Below, piece after piece: positions 1 to 6,762 of a stretch of DNA of 37,742 bases. Position 1 is the stretch's first letter; each line of letters begins with the position of its first letter. The translations under genes were made by a program, and so were the position numbers. The notes under the pieces are model-generated. The model ran no database searches and was not told the DNA's origin. It worked only from the letters and a program-made list of their open reading frames with translations. The DNA is from a virus. Location of the stretch: positions 1 through 37,742 of IMG/VR virus record IMGVR_UViG_3300032893_000170. One strand, given 5' to 3'.

Positions 1-228
1 AAACTAGAAACGATCGGTGGAGATTTGTACATCCACTCCAACGCGACGTTGCCGAAACTAGAAACGATCGGTGGATATTTGTACATCCACTCCAACGCGA
101 CGTTGAGTGCTGATAAACTAGAAACGATCGGTGGAGATTTGTACATCCACTCCAACGCGACGTTGCCGAAACTAGAAACGATCGGTGGATATTTGTACAT
201 CTACTCCAGCGCGACGTTGAGTGCTCCA
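1..228 (+). repeat. In-frame tandem repeat array (54- and 60-bp units, 4 units) inside the repeat-protein gene
   Basis: Units start at 1, 55, 115 and 169. They share the core aaactagaaacgatcggtggaNatttgtacatccactccaacgcgacgttg. The 54- and 60-bp forms differ only in the linker (ccg vs agtgctgat). Confidence 0.9.
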
Positions 229-723
229 AACTTAATAAATAAAAATGATAAAACCGCTAAAATAACTTGTGAAAAAGCCCTAACATTATCTTTTAAAAAG
301 AATGGTCTAATTAAGGTTGACGGCATTTTGTCATGGTTTATTTCTCGAAAAAAAATAAAGGATCTAATTATTTTTAAAATAATTATAGTCGGCAAATTGA
401 AAATTTCGTTTGTTGTTCAGCGCAATGAACAATTCGCACACGGTGAAACCATCCAAAAAGCAATTAAATCTCTGCGCTATAAACTTACCGATCGAGACAC
501 ATCTAAATTCAGGAAATGGATGGTCACGACAACGATTTCGGTTGATGATGCGATTCATGCCTATCGAGCCATCACTGGAGCGTGTGAGTTTGGAGTTAAA
601 AATTTCTGCGAATCTATAGAGATACCGAAAAACTTAACGGTCTCAAAAGTAATTGAACTCACAGATGGAAAGTACGGAAATCAAGAATTTAGGAAGTTTT
701 TTAAAGTTAATCGAGTCTTGTAG
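1..723 (+). CDS. C-terminal part of the LRR-like tandem-repeat protein (continues from 37240..37695 across the circular junction)
   Basis: Frame 1 is open from base 1 to TAG 721-723. It encodes KLETIGG[DY]LYIHSNATL units, then a roughly 165-aa non-repetitive C-terminal domain. The frame matches the ORF that opens at ATG 37240 once the 47-bp end overlap is removed. Confidence 0.75.
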   Translation, partial: KLETIGGDLYIHSNATLPKLETIGGYLYIHSNATLSADKLETIGGDLYIHSNATLPKLETIGGYLYIYSSATLSAPNLINKNDKTAKITCEKALTLSFKKNGLIKVDGILSWFISRKKIKDLIIFKIIIVGKLKISFVVQRNEQFAHGETIQKAIKSLRYKLTDRDTSKFRKWMVTTTISVDDAIHAYRAITGACEFGVKNFCESIEIPKNLTVSKVIELTDGKYGNQEFRKFFKVNRVL

Positions 724-759
724 TTTTCGAGACTTCCTTTTTAGAGGAAGGAGATCTAA

Positions 760-1032
760 ATGACCAAAATCGAACGTGATGAAATCAAGAGGCTTGCGGA
801 AAAGGCGATGTCTCGACCGTCGGCTTTTTCTAATAAAAAGTGTGATAATGGATACTCAAATAAAGCGCTATTTCACGCAGCATGCAGCCCAGAAAAAATA
901 ATCGCGCTGATCGAGCAGATAGAAAAATATGAAGAAGCGTTGGAAAATATAAAAAATCGCAAGGGTGATTTTCCATACGCAAAATATATTAGATCGATTT
1001 GCAAAGAAGCACTGAAAGAGTTTGGGGAATGA
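760..1032 (+). CDS. Hypothetical protein (90 aa, helical/charged)
   Basis: ATG is preceded by ggaaggag. The ORF is tightly packed with its neighbours. Confidence 0.6.
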   Translation: MTKIERDEIKRLAEKAMSRPSAFSNKKCDNGYSNKALFHAACSPEKIIALIEQIEKYEEALENIKNRKGDFPYAKYIRSICKEALKEFGE

Positions 1033-1253
1033 AAGTAATATTTAAAATTATAATAGGATTCATAGCAAGCTGTGCTTTTTTGGGCATGCTATTGCCGGTG
1101 TGGTATGTAATAGGGTCTCTTTCTACTCAAGTAGAAGGTGACAAGATGTCGGTGGGCGCTGCGGCTTTTAGTATTTTTTTGTTCCTTGTTTTGCCGCTTT
1201 TAGTATTTTTTATTTATGCTCTCTATTCTCTTGGAGATTCTATTTTTAAATAA
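1029..1253 (+). CDS. Small membrane protein (74 aa, two hydrophobic helices)
   Basis: ATG 1029 overlaps the upstream stop (ATGA). Hydrophobic segments IIIGFIASCAFLGMLLPVWYVIG and AAAFSIFLFLVLPLLVFFIYALY. Confidence 0.6.
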   Translation: MKVIFKIIIGFIASCAFLGMLLPVWYVIGSLSTQVEGDKMSVGAAAFSIFLFLVLPLLVFFIYALYSLGDSIFK

Positions 1254-2214
1254 GATTTGCACAAAACGAGAGTCAAAACTCATCGGGCAAGATGAAGGTG
1301 GAATTGATGTTTATGGTGAATGGGTGTTAAATGGCTTGGATTTATTTAGCGGAATTGGAGGACTCACCATCGTTCTACACAATTGGGTCCGGCCAATCGC
1401 CTATTGTGAAAGTGATCGATACGCCCAGTCAGTTCTTCTGTCACGTATGTCAGAAAGAAGATTGCCCATCGCACCCATTTGGGACGACGTATGCACTATT
1501 CGCCGAGCGCATCTTCCCATGGGATTGGACATCATCTACGGCGGATTCCCGTGCCAGGACATCAGTATTGCAGGACATGGAAAAGGCTTGGAAGGAAAGC
1601 GGAGTGGATTATTTTTCGAAATCATACGACTATGTCGCGAGCTTCGACCAAGATTCGTTTTCCTGGAAAATGTCCCAGCTATCACTGTTCGAGGGCTTGA
1701 TCGAATTCTCTTGGAGTTCACTGCGCTGGGGTACGATTGTAGATGGACGATTGTATCAGCCGCAGAGGTTGGAGCCCCACACTTACGCGAACGCTGGTTC
1801 TTACTTGCCCACGCCAATGGCGACAGACTACGGAACAAGGAACAAAAATGGGATATCCAAACCATCGTTGAATACAATGGCAAGAAAAAATCTTTGGCCG
1901 ACACCAAAAGCAAACGATGCGGAGAAGGGCGGAAATTTCGATATCAACAACTCGAGGAATGGATTACCGGCAGCAGTAAAGAGATGGTCAACCCCTTGCG
2001 CGCGGGACTGGAAGGACAACGGGAAAAGCCAATCGAGTTTTACAAGAAACTCTCAAACACTTCTGACTCAAGCTGGTGGGAAGCTGAACCCGCAGTGGGT
2101 CGAGTGGCTGATGGGGTACACAATAGATCACACCGCCTTAAAGGATTGGGCAATGCTGTTGTTCCGCTCCAAGCGAAAAAGGCGTTCGAAAGATTGATGG
2201 GTATTAATTTATAA
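1216..2214 (+). CDS. DNA (cytosine-5)-methyltransferase, large-domain motifs only in this frame
   Basis: Motif I LDLFSGIGG (1336-1362), motif IV GGFPCQDIS (FPCQ 1546-1557), motif VI FLENVPAI and motif VIII GAPHLRERWFLLA. Motif X is RLKGLGNAVVP (GNAVVP 2149-2166), preceded by WWEAEPAVGRVADGV. Start uncertain: ATG 1216 overlaps the upstream gene, and GTG 1324 is an alternative. Confidence 0.85.
   Translation: MLSILLEILFLNKICTKRESKLIGQDEGGIDVYGEWVLNGLDLFSGIGGLTIVLHNWVRPIAYCESDRYAQSVLLSRMSERRLPIAPIWDDVCTIRRAHLPMGLDIIYGGFPCQDISIAGHGKGLEGKRSGLFFEIIRLCRELRPRFVFLENVPAITVRGLDRILLEFTALGYDCRWTIVSAAEVGAPHLRERWFLLAHANGDRLRNKEQKWDIQTIVEYNGKKKSLADTKSKRCGEGRKFRYQQLEEWITGSSKEMVNPLRAGLEGQREKPIEFYKKLSNTSDSSWWEAEPAVGRVADGVHNRSHRLKGLGNAVVPLQAKKAFERLMGINL
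1331..2197 (+). CDS. Nested +2-frame ORF (288 codons) carrying TRD-like xTPxAxD repeats and a motif-IX-like LNPQWVEWLMGY element; possible small-domain subunit or recoded segment of the methyltransferase
   Basis: Stop-free from ATG 1331 to TGA 2197 and wholly inside the MTase ORF. Contains LPTPMATD (1805-1828), WPTPKAND (1895-1918), WSTPCARDWKD (1985-2017) and LNPQWVEWLMGYTIDHT (2084-2134). The ATG abuts the stop of a 12-codon uORF. Confidence 0.4.
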   Translation: MAWIYLAELEDSPSFYTIGSGQSPIVKVIDTPSQFFCHVCQKEDCPSHPFGTTYALFAERIFPWDWTSSTADSRARTSVLQDMEKAWKESGVDYFSKSYDYVASFDQDSFSWKMSQLSLFEGLIEFSWSSLRWGTIVDGRLYQPQRLEPHTYANAGSYLPTPMATDYGTRNKNGISKPSLNTMARKNLWPTPKANDAEKGGNFDINNSRNGLPAAVKRWSTPCARDWKDNGKSQSSFTRNSQTLLTQAGGKLNPQWVEWLMGYTIDHTALKDWAMLLFRSKRKRRSKD

Positions 2215-2231
2215 AAACAACCGGAGGACAA

Positions 2232-2537
2232 ATGGAAGCTAATTTTTGGATTAAAATAATAGCAAAAAAGAGATATGGACGCACACAGTTCGCGCGAGCA
2301 GATGCATTTGCAAAAAAACCAACAATCAACGAAGATGAGATCGCGCTGAAAATCAGCATGACAATACCTGATGAAGTATTCGAAGAACCTGTTTTTGAGG
2401 CTAAGTTTGTGATACCAAGAGCTGTGAAGAATGTTCCTGAGATGCTCAATGTTGCAAAGCAAGTTGGCGACGCGATGTCAAAGCAAACAGGATTTAAAAT
2501 TAATGTGAGCATTCCGCAGGAGGAGACAAAATGTTAG
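2232..2537 (+). CDS. Hypothetical protein (101 aa)
   Basis: ATG is preceded by ggagga (2223-2228). No recognisable motifs. Confidence 0.6.
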   Translation: MEANFWIKIIAKKRYGRTQFARADAFAKKPTINEDEIALKISMTIPDEVFEEPVFEAKFVIPRAVKNVPEMLNVAKQVGDAMSKQTGFKINVSIPQEETKC

Positions 2538-2571
2538 CAGATATTTTTGAAGAATCATATGAGGAAGTAAA

Positions 2572-2808
2572 ATGATCAGCATATACACGTTGCGCAAAGC
2601 AATGACAAGGTTCAATAAAACAACAATCCAGGTCGCCGAAGAATCTGGCGTGAGCAAAAGCACTCTGTTCAGGTTCTTAAAGGGTAGGCCACTCAAAGAT
2701 AAAACCAATAAGTTGCTCGAAGAATGGATCGATTCGCAAGAGGCATCAAATGCCTCTAAAATGCTCCAGAATCGCTCAGAATTGATTATTCGAAGTTTTG
2801 TACCGTAA
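2572..2808 (+). CDS. Small helix-turn-helix DNA-binding protein (78 aa)
   Basis: TTIQVAEESGVSKSTLFRFLKG looks like an HTH. RBS gagga upstream. Confidence 0.55.
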   Translation: MISIYTLRKAMTRFNKTTIQVAEESGVSKSTLFRFLKGRPLKDKTNKLLEEWIDSQEASNASKMLQNRSELIIRSFVP

Positions 2809-2826
2809 CTATCAAGGAGCTATGGT

Positions 2827-3036
2827 TTGACCACTATAAGGCTTTATACGTGTCGAAAGTGTGGATACAAGTGGGACACTCAAGACGCATTCTGGTATTG
2901 CATCGTATGCGGAAGCGGGCAAATTGATTGCATGACAAAGATCGCAGATGCATCAGAAAAATATCGGAGTAGTTCTAAATATGTAAAAACTGAGTTGTGG
3001 GGATCTGCCATTGGGCTTGTTTCTAAAATTTTTTAA
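2827..3036 (+). CDS. Zinc-ribbon protein (69 aa, TTG start)
   Basis: CRKCGYKW...CIVCGSG gives two CxxC pairs. aaggag lies 7 nt upstream of TTG 2827. Confidence 0.5.
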   Translation: MTTIRLYTCRKCGYKWDTQDAFWYCIVCGSGQIDCMTKIADASEKYRSSSKYVKTELWGSAIGLVSKIF

Positions 3037-3145
3037 AAATAAATATTGCCAATGTACAAATGTTCGGTTTATTAGTTTATTGCTATCCACAGTTCATATT
3101 CAAAAAGTTTGAGTTGCATATCCTGGACCTGGACGGATACTGCTG

Positions 3146-3203
3146 GGGGGACTTCGGACACGGACTGTGGATACTTTCTTTGTCTGGTCCCCCTGTTTTT
3201 TTT
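3146..3203 (+). terminator. Candidate intrinsic terminator ending the 760-3036 gene block
   Basis: gggggac (3146-3152) pairs with gtccccc (3187-3193). The stem extends via cggac/gtctg with one G-U pair and is followed by T8 (3196-3203). Confidence 0.5.
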
Positions 3204-3249
3204 CGGATAGCGCGAGGAGATTCAAACAACGCTGCGCCATTCGTGATTG

Positions 3250-3278
3250 TTGCATTAATGCGGTGAGGTCTTTATATG
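3250..3278 (+). promoter_or_regulatory. Candidate sigma70-like promoter (TTGCAT-17 nt-TATATG)
   Basis: Hexamers at 3250-3255 and 3273-3278 with a 17-nt spacer. It sits downstream of the terminator and upstream of a long GC-richer leader. By-eye match only. Confidence 0.25.
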
Positions 3279-3559
3279 CACACGTTGGAAACAGGGTCTT
3301 GAAAAAGATCTTTTGAGCGGGCGTGATCGGTGGGGCAATGCGAAGGCCCTATAAACAGTCGCTCTAGTGGGATTAGGTTCGTCATCCGAAATCCTGTGTC
3401 AAAGCTTGGGAACTCGTCTCAAAAGACAGGCAATGCTATGGCTCATGTTTCAGCCTGAGGATAGGATTTAATCATCTTATTTTCTTGGTTGGAAACGTGT
3501 GCCTTGCAAGGGAATCTGAACTCAAAGACAATCAATGCATTAAGGGGTTGAATATCCAC

Positions 3560-3745
3560 ATGACAGACCAAAACAGATGGAGAACAAAAAGAGAAAACAA
3601 GTGTGTGCCTCTTGGTGAAGTAGTTCATGGAATGGTCAAAGAAAAAAAAGATCAAGAACTCAAAGAATTGATGGAAGTCTGGGGAGTATTGTACATAGAA
3701 AAAGTTTACAAAGATTGGTTAGATAAAAATACTGTGAGGATTTAA
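3560..3745 (+). CDS. Hypothetical protein (61 aa; a longer TTG 3485 start is possible)
   Basis: ATG 3560 with aagggg about 13 nt upstream. The stop abuts the RBS of the next gene. Confidence 0.45.
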   Translation: MTDQNRWRTKRENKCVPLGEVVHGMVKEKKDQELKELMEVWGVLYIEKVYKDWLDKNTVRI

Positions 3746-3747
3746 AT

Positions 3748-3933
3748 ATGGGCGGCAGAAAAAGAGTTGTAACCATTCAGTGCGCTTCTTGTTTGGATTA
3801 TTTTCCAAGAACGTGTTTATTTAGAAAGATAGTGTGGCGTGATATTGTCGATGGACCATTGGTTTTGATTGGAAGAGGTCCACAATATTTTTGTTTCTCA
3901 TGCAAAGAGACTTTTGAGTTCGAAAATGACTAA
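3748..3933 (+). CDS. Small Cys4 zinc-finger-like protein (61 aa)
   Basis: CASC...CFSC pairs. RBS gagga upstream. Confidence 0.55.
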   Translation: MGGRKRVVTIQCASCLDYFPRTCLFRKIVWRDIVDGPLVLIGRGPQYFCFSCKETFEFEND

Positions 3934-4351
3934 ACGCTGGTCTGATTGTTTGACAAAAGAACATCAGCTTCGAGGTAAAACAAAAAAGAGTCCTAGAACT
4001 AATGCGGTTCGATCACATTGCGGATTGCATAGCCATATGAGCGGAGCAGAGCGCGACTGCTGTCTTTATTTTCAAATGCTTGAAAAAGTTGGCTATCTTA
4101 AAATTTTAAAAGTTCAACCAAATGTTTTATTGACCGATGCAAAGATACGAGTGATTCCAGATTGGTTGCTAGAATTCAAAGATGGATCACAACGCTATGC
4201 AGATATGAAAGGTTTTGAAACCCAAAGCTGGGGAAGAAATAAACGACTGTGGAAGTTTTATGGACCATTGCCCATGGAAGTTTGGAAGAAAAAGGGCGAT
4301 GTATTTTATATCAGCGAAACAATTGTTCCTGTTAAAGAGTTGACAAAGTAA
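3926..4351 (+). CDS. DUF1064-like PD-(D/E)XK nuclease (putative Holliday-junction resolvase)
   Basis: ATG 3926 overlaps the upstream stop by 8 nt. The pattern SGAERDCCLYFQMLEKVGYLKILKVQP...VIPDWLLEFKDGSQRYADMKG...KRLWKFYG matches my recollection of the DUF1064 layout. Confidence 0.5.
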   Translation: MTKRWSDCLTKEHQLRGKTKKSPRTNAVRSHCGLHSHMSGAERDCCLYFQMLEKVGYLKILKVQPNVLLTDAKIRVIPDWLLEFKDGSQRYADMKGFETQSWGRNKRLWKFYGPLPMEVWKKKGDVFYISETIVPVKELTK

Positions 4352-4387
4352 AAGCATGGATTCAATATTCATTCAGGAGAAAACAAA

Positions 4388-4777
4388 ATGGACGCATTAA
4401 ACGCACCAAGACCAGCGAAGCAGCCCTGCCCACCACACAGAGTTCTTCCTAGAAATTCAAAACAAACCATTCGTGAATTGATTACTGACAACGAAACAAA
4501 TATAGGCATGATTGGTTTTATGAAACAAATTGCGAAAATGAAGCCAAAAGGTCCATGGAGAGAGTATTTGACTTTTTTTGCTGCAAATCAATCTGGGGAT
4601 GTTGATACTTTGAAACCAGAGATCAAAAAATATGTCTTGAAAATGCACAAAGATTTGAAATCAGAATGGACTAAAAATCAAACAGGAGAAGAAGCAAATG
4701 CCACTGAACAAAGGGAAGTCGAAGAAAGCGTTGAAACAAAACATCAGAACGGAAGTAAGGGCGGGAAAGCCAATTAA
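4388..4777 (+). CDS. Hypothetical protein (129 aa)
   Basis: ATG is preceded by aggaga. The 3' 80 nt overlaps the small ORF at 4698. Confidence 0.5.
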   Translation: MDALNAPRPAKQPCPPHRVLPRNSKQTIRELITDNETNIGMIGFMKQIAKMKPKGPWREYLTFFAANQSGDVDTLKPEIKKYVLKMHKDLKSEWTKNQTGEEANATEQREVEESVETKHQNGSKGGKAN

Positions 4778-4832
4778 ACAAGCCGTAGCAATTGCTTACG
4801 CGGTTCAACGAAAAGCTAAAAAGAAAAAATAA
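4698..4832 (+). CDS. Tiny lysine-rich protein (44 aa) [44 protein letters not shown]
   Basis: Not in the ORF track because it is under 60 aa. ATG 4698 lies 8 nt after aggaga (4684-4689). It resembles a widespread small-protein pattern, GKSKKAxxxNIxxExxAGKPxKQAxAIA. Confidence 0.55.
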   Translation: MPLNKGKSKKALKQNIRTEVRAGKPIKQAVAIAYAVQRKAKKKK

Positions 4833-4847
4833 CTAAAGAATTATCGG

Positions 4848-5588
4848 ATGCTACGAACGAGACCTAAGATTTTCCTATCGACTCAACAGGTGGAAAAGGG
4901 ACGAGTTCTATTGGATTTGGATAAAGGATTTATAAAATACAATCTTCCTGGGCACACCAAACAAGAACTAGAGCATATTTTAAACATGGAGTACAATAGG
5001 CTCGATAGATATCTAAGGCGAAGACAGCCTCTTTATGCTGCAAGAATTGAAAATGAAAAAAAACAAAGCGCAACAGTTGAGACAACATTCAACAGAATTA
5101 TGCGCTATCAAGCTCTGGAAAAAGTAGAACAAGCAAGCGCCTATATAGCCTCAGGATTGTACTCTGGCGAATTCGATCGATGCATTATTTTTGGACTTAG
5201 CCATTCAGTAATGACTGGTGTAAAAATTTTTCTTCATAAATTTAGACCCACATTGCTGCATCCGGGATCTAGGCCGATAAACATAGAAAGAGCTGAAAAA
5301 GCATTTATCAGCGGGAAAAGACCGATAATTATTTTAAATATAAAAGCTGGGTTTGGTCTAAACTTACAATCCTCAAGCAGAGCATTTTTCATAGAACAAC
5401 ACATGGACATAGGAACAAATGTAAGAGCGGTTGATCAACTATTTGGTACTGAGCAGCAAGAAAGTGTTTATATAAAAAACTTTTGTTTGAAAGAACCACT
5501 AGACATGAAGCTAATGGAGCTTCTACGATCTGCTATGAAATGGCGTCTTCGTGGTGAACCGGACGAACTTCCAAGGGAGCTAATGTGA
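4848..5588 (+). CDS. Orphan SNF2-type helicase C-terminal lobe (no DEAD/DEAH lobe), degenerate motif VI
   Basis: CIIFGLSHSVM (motif IV-like), IIILNIKAGFGLNLQ (motif V-like) and RAVDQLFGTEQQESVYIKNF (motif VI position, arginines missing). No Walker A/B. Confidence 0.55.
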   Translation: MLRTRPKIFLSTQQVEKGRVLLDLDKGFIKYNLPGHTKQELEHILNMEYNRLDRYLRRRQPLYAARIENEKKQSATVETTFNRIMRYQALEKVEQASAYIASGLYSGEFDRCIIFGLSHSVMTGVKIFLHKFRPTLLHPGSRPINIERAEKAFISGKRPIIILNIKAGFGLNLQSSSRAFFIEQHMDIGTNVRAVDQLFGTEQQESVYIKNFCLKEPLDMKLMELLRSAMKWRLRGEPDELPRELM

Positions 5589-6058
5589 GTGAAGTAAAAT
5601 TTGTTTTAAATCTGACTATCGAAGGATCTTCTTTGCAGGACATAGACGATGGATTGGTAAAGGCAGCTGGACAACGTTTGATGGCACGTCTTGATAAACC
5701 ATTGAACATGAGCGCTAACACAATAGTTAAGGGTCCAGAAATAAAAGAGCTAAGAACTCCAGCAATGAAGGAACGTGATGCAGAAAATTCGAGGCGCGCG
5801 CAAGAGCGAAATAAAAAAATACGTGAAGAAAAAGCTGCCGAAGATGAAAAGATCCAACAACAAGAGGAGCAATCTCCGATAATCAAAGCCCTTCATGCTG
5901 TATATCTTAAAGAAGGACGTGCTGGAGCCGAAGAATGTCTAGCAAAATTTGGGGTTAAAAAATGCAGCGAACTAGCGGCTGATTTTTATGAACCATTTGT
6001 GCAATATTGCAATTCAAAACTTGAAACAACAGAGGAAAAACAAGATGGATCAAATTAG
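5585..6058 (+). CDS. Hypothetical charged protein (157 aa, GTG start)
   Basis: GTG 5585 overlaps the upstream TGA, with aagggagc upstream. Confidence 0.5.
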   Translation: MSEVKFVLNLTIEGSSLQDIDDGLVKAAGQRLMARLDKPLNMSANTIVKGPEIKELRTPAMKERDAENSRRAQERNKKIREEKAAEDEKIQQQEEQSPIIKALHAVYLKEGRAGAEECLAKFGVKKCSELAADFYEPFVQYCNSKLETTEEKQDGSN

Positions 6059-6305
6059 CCTTCAGGATTTAAAATTTTACGCGGCTCACGCGCTTTCTGG
6101 GCTTAGTTCAAATTCTTTTTTGATGTCACCAGACGGAAAGCTTCATTTATTGAAAAATAAGCTAACTATCGAAGGAATTGCGATAAACTCAGCTCTTTCA
6201 ATGATAGAAAAAATTCATATAGCCAAACTTTCCTTAGATAAAATGGAAGAAGTTGAAAGAGAAATGCAGGCCAAAAATGTCAAACCAATAAAGGAGACCA
6301 AGTAA
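6045..6305 (+). CDS. Hypothetical protein (86 aa)
   Basis: ATG 6045 after agagga. The LKFYAAHALSGLSSN motif is shared with the ORF at 36971. Confidence 0.5.
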   Translation: MDQISLQDLKFYAAHALSGLSSNSFLMSPDGKLHLLKNKLTIEGIAINSALSMIEKIHIAKLSLDKMEEVEREMQAKNVKPIKETK

Positions 6306-6535
6306 TGGAAATCACAAAAGCGCAGGAAATCAATCTTGTAAATGCAATCAAATCACACCGAAGTGCTAAGGCCAGGGTAGAGGCGGCACAAAGAGATGCA
6401 TATGCAAAGCTTGAGAAGCTTAAGGAGTGTTGCCAAGGCAATGGACCAGAGGCTCAAGTTTATGCAACAGCTTTTGAGCTTTTAGCAAACTGTCATATTC
6501 AACGTGCTGATGAAATTGAAGCGATGGAGGGATAA
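6305..6535 (+). CDS. Hypothetical protein (76 aa)
   Basis: TAATG stop-start overlap with the upstream gene. Confidence 0.5.
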   Translation: MEITKAQEINLVNAIKSHRSAKARVEAAQRDAYAKLEKLKECCQGNGPEAQVYATAFELLANCHIQRADEIEAMEG

Positions 6536-6536
6536 T

Positions 6537-6722
6537 ATGGGCAAGAAATGGATTCAGAAAGCAGGTATTCATAAGGGTGGGTTACATAAAAGTCTGGGTA
6601 TTCCAGAGGGCGAGCACATTCCGCATGAGAAAATTGTTGAAGCGGCTAAAAAACCAGGAAAAGTTGGTCACCAAGCTCGTCTTGCGCTCACATTTGAAAA
6701 AATGAAACATAAAAAGAAGTAA
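6537..6722 (+). CDS. Tiny lysine-rich protein (61 aa) MGKKWIQKAGIHKGGLHKSLGIPEGEHIP...
   Basis: ATG 6537 after ggaggg. It resembles a recurrent small-protein pattern, KKWIQKAxxKxGALxKxLGxxxGExIP. Confidence 0.55.
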   Translation: MGKKWIQKAGIHKGGLHKSLGIPEGEHIPHEKIVEAAKKPGKVGHQARLALTFEKMKHKKK

Positions 6723-6762
6723 TTTCTAGATCGTGATACAATAAAATCAAGGAGACTATCTT

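Noticed and set aside
1-228. Regularly spaced near-identical repeats at both window ends as a possible CRISPR array
   Set aside because: The units are directly tandem with no unique spacers. They are multiples of 3 (54 and 60 bp) and sit in frame within a coding sequence. No cas genes are present.
1479-1913. Third-frame ORF (1479-1700) and antisense ORF (1536-1913) inside the MTase gene
   Set aside because: They are short, have no motifs and no RBS. They suggest the locus is generally stop-poor, which weakens the purely statistical argument for the 288-codon ORF. That finding therefore rests mainly on the motif content.
2531-2575. 14-codon micro-ORF (MLADIFEESYEEVK) with the strongest SD in the area (aggagg), ending in an ATGA overlap with the HTH gene
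   Set aside because: It is too short to support as a gene. It may simply couple translation from the 101-aa ORF into the HTH gene.
2572-2808. HTH protein as a lysogeny repressor implying a temperate lifestyle
   Set aside because: There is no integrase, excisionase, attP-like site or divergent cI/cro-type arrangement. A single small HTH protein is not sufficient evidence.
3060-3266. 68-aa plus-strand ORF
   Set aside because: It has no RBS and runs straight through the GC-stem/T8 terminator. The sequence is odd (WGDFGHGLWILSLSGPPVFF comes from the G/C and T tracts).
3368-3396. tRNA-like ggttcg T-loop motif in the noncoding region
   Set aside because: The loop reads ttcgtca rather than TTCRANN with a 5-bp stem. 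I could build no acceptor, D or anticodon arms on either strand.
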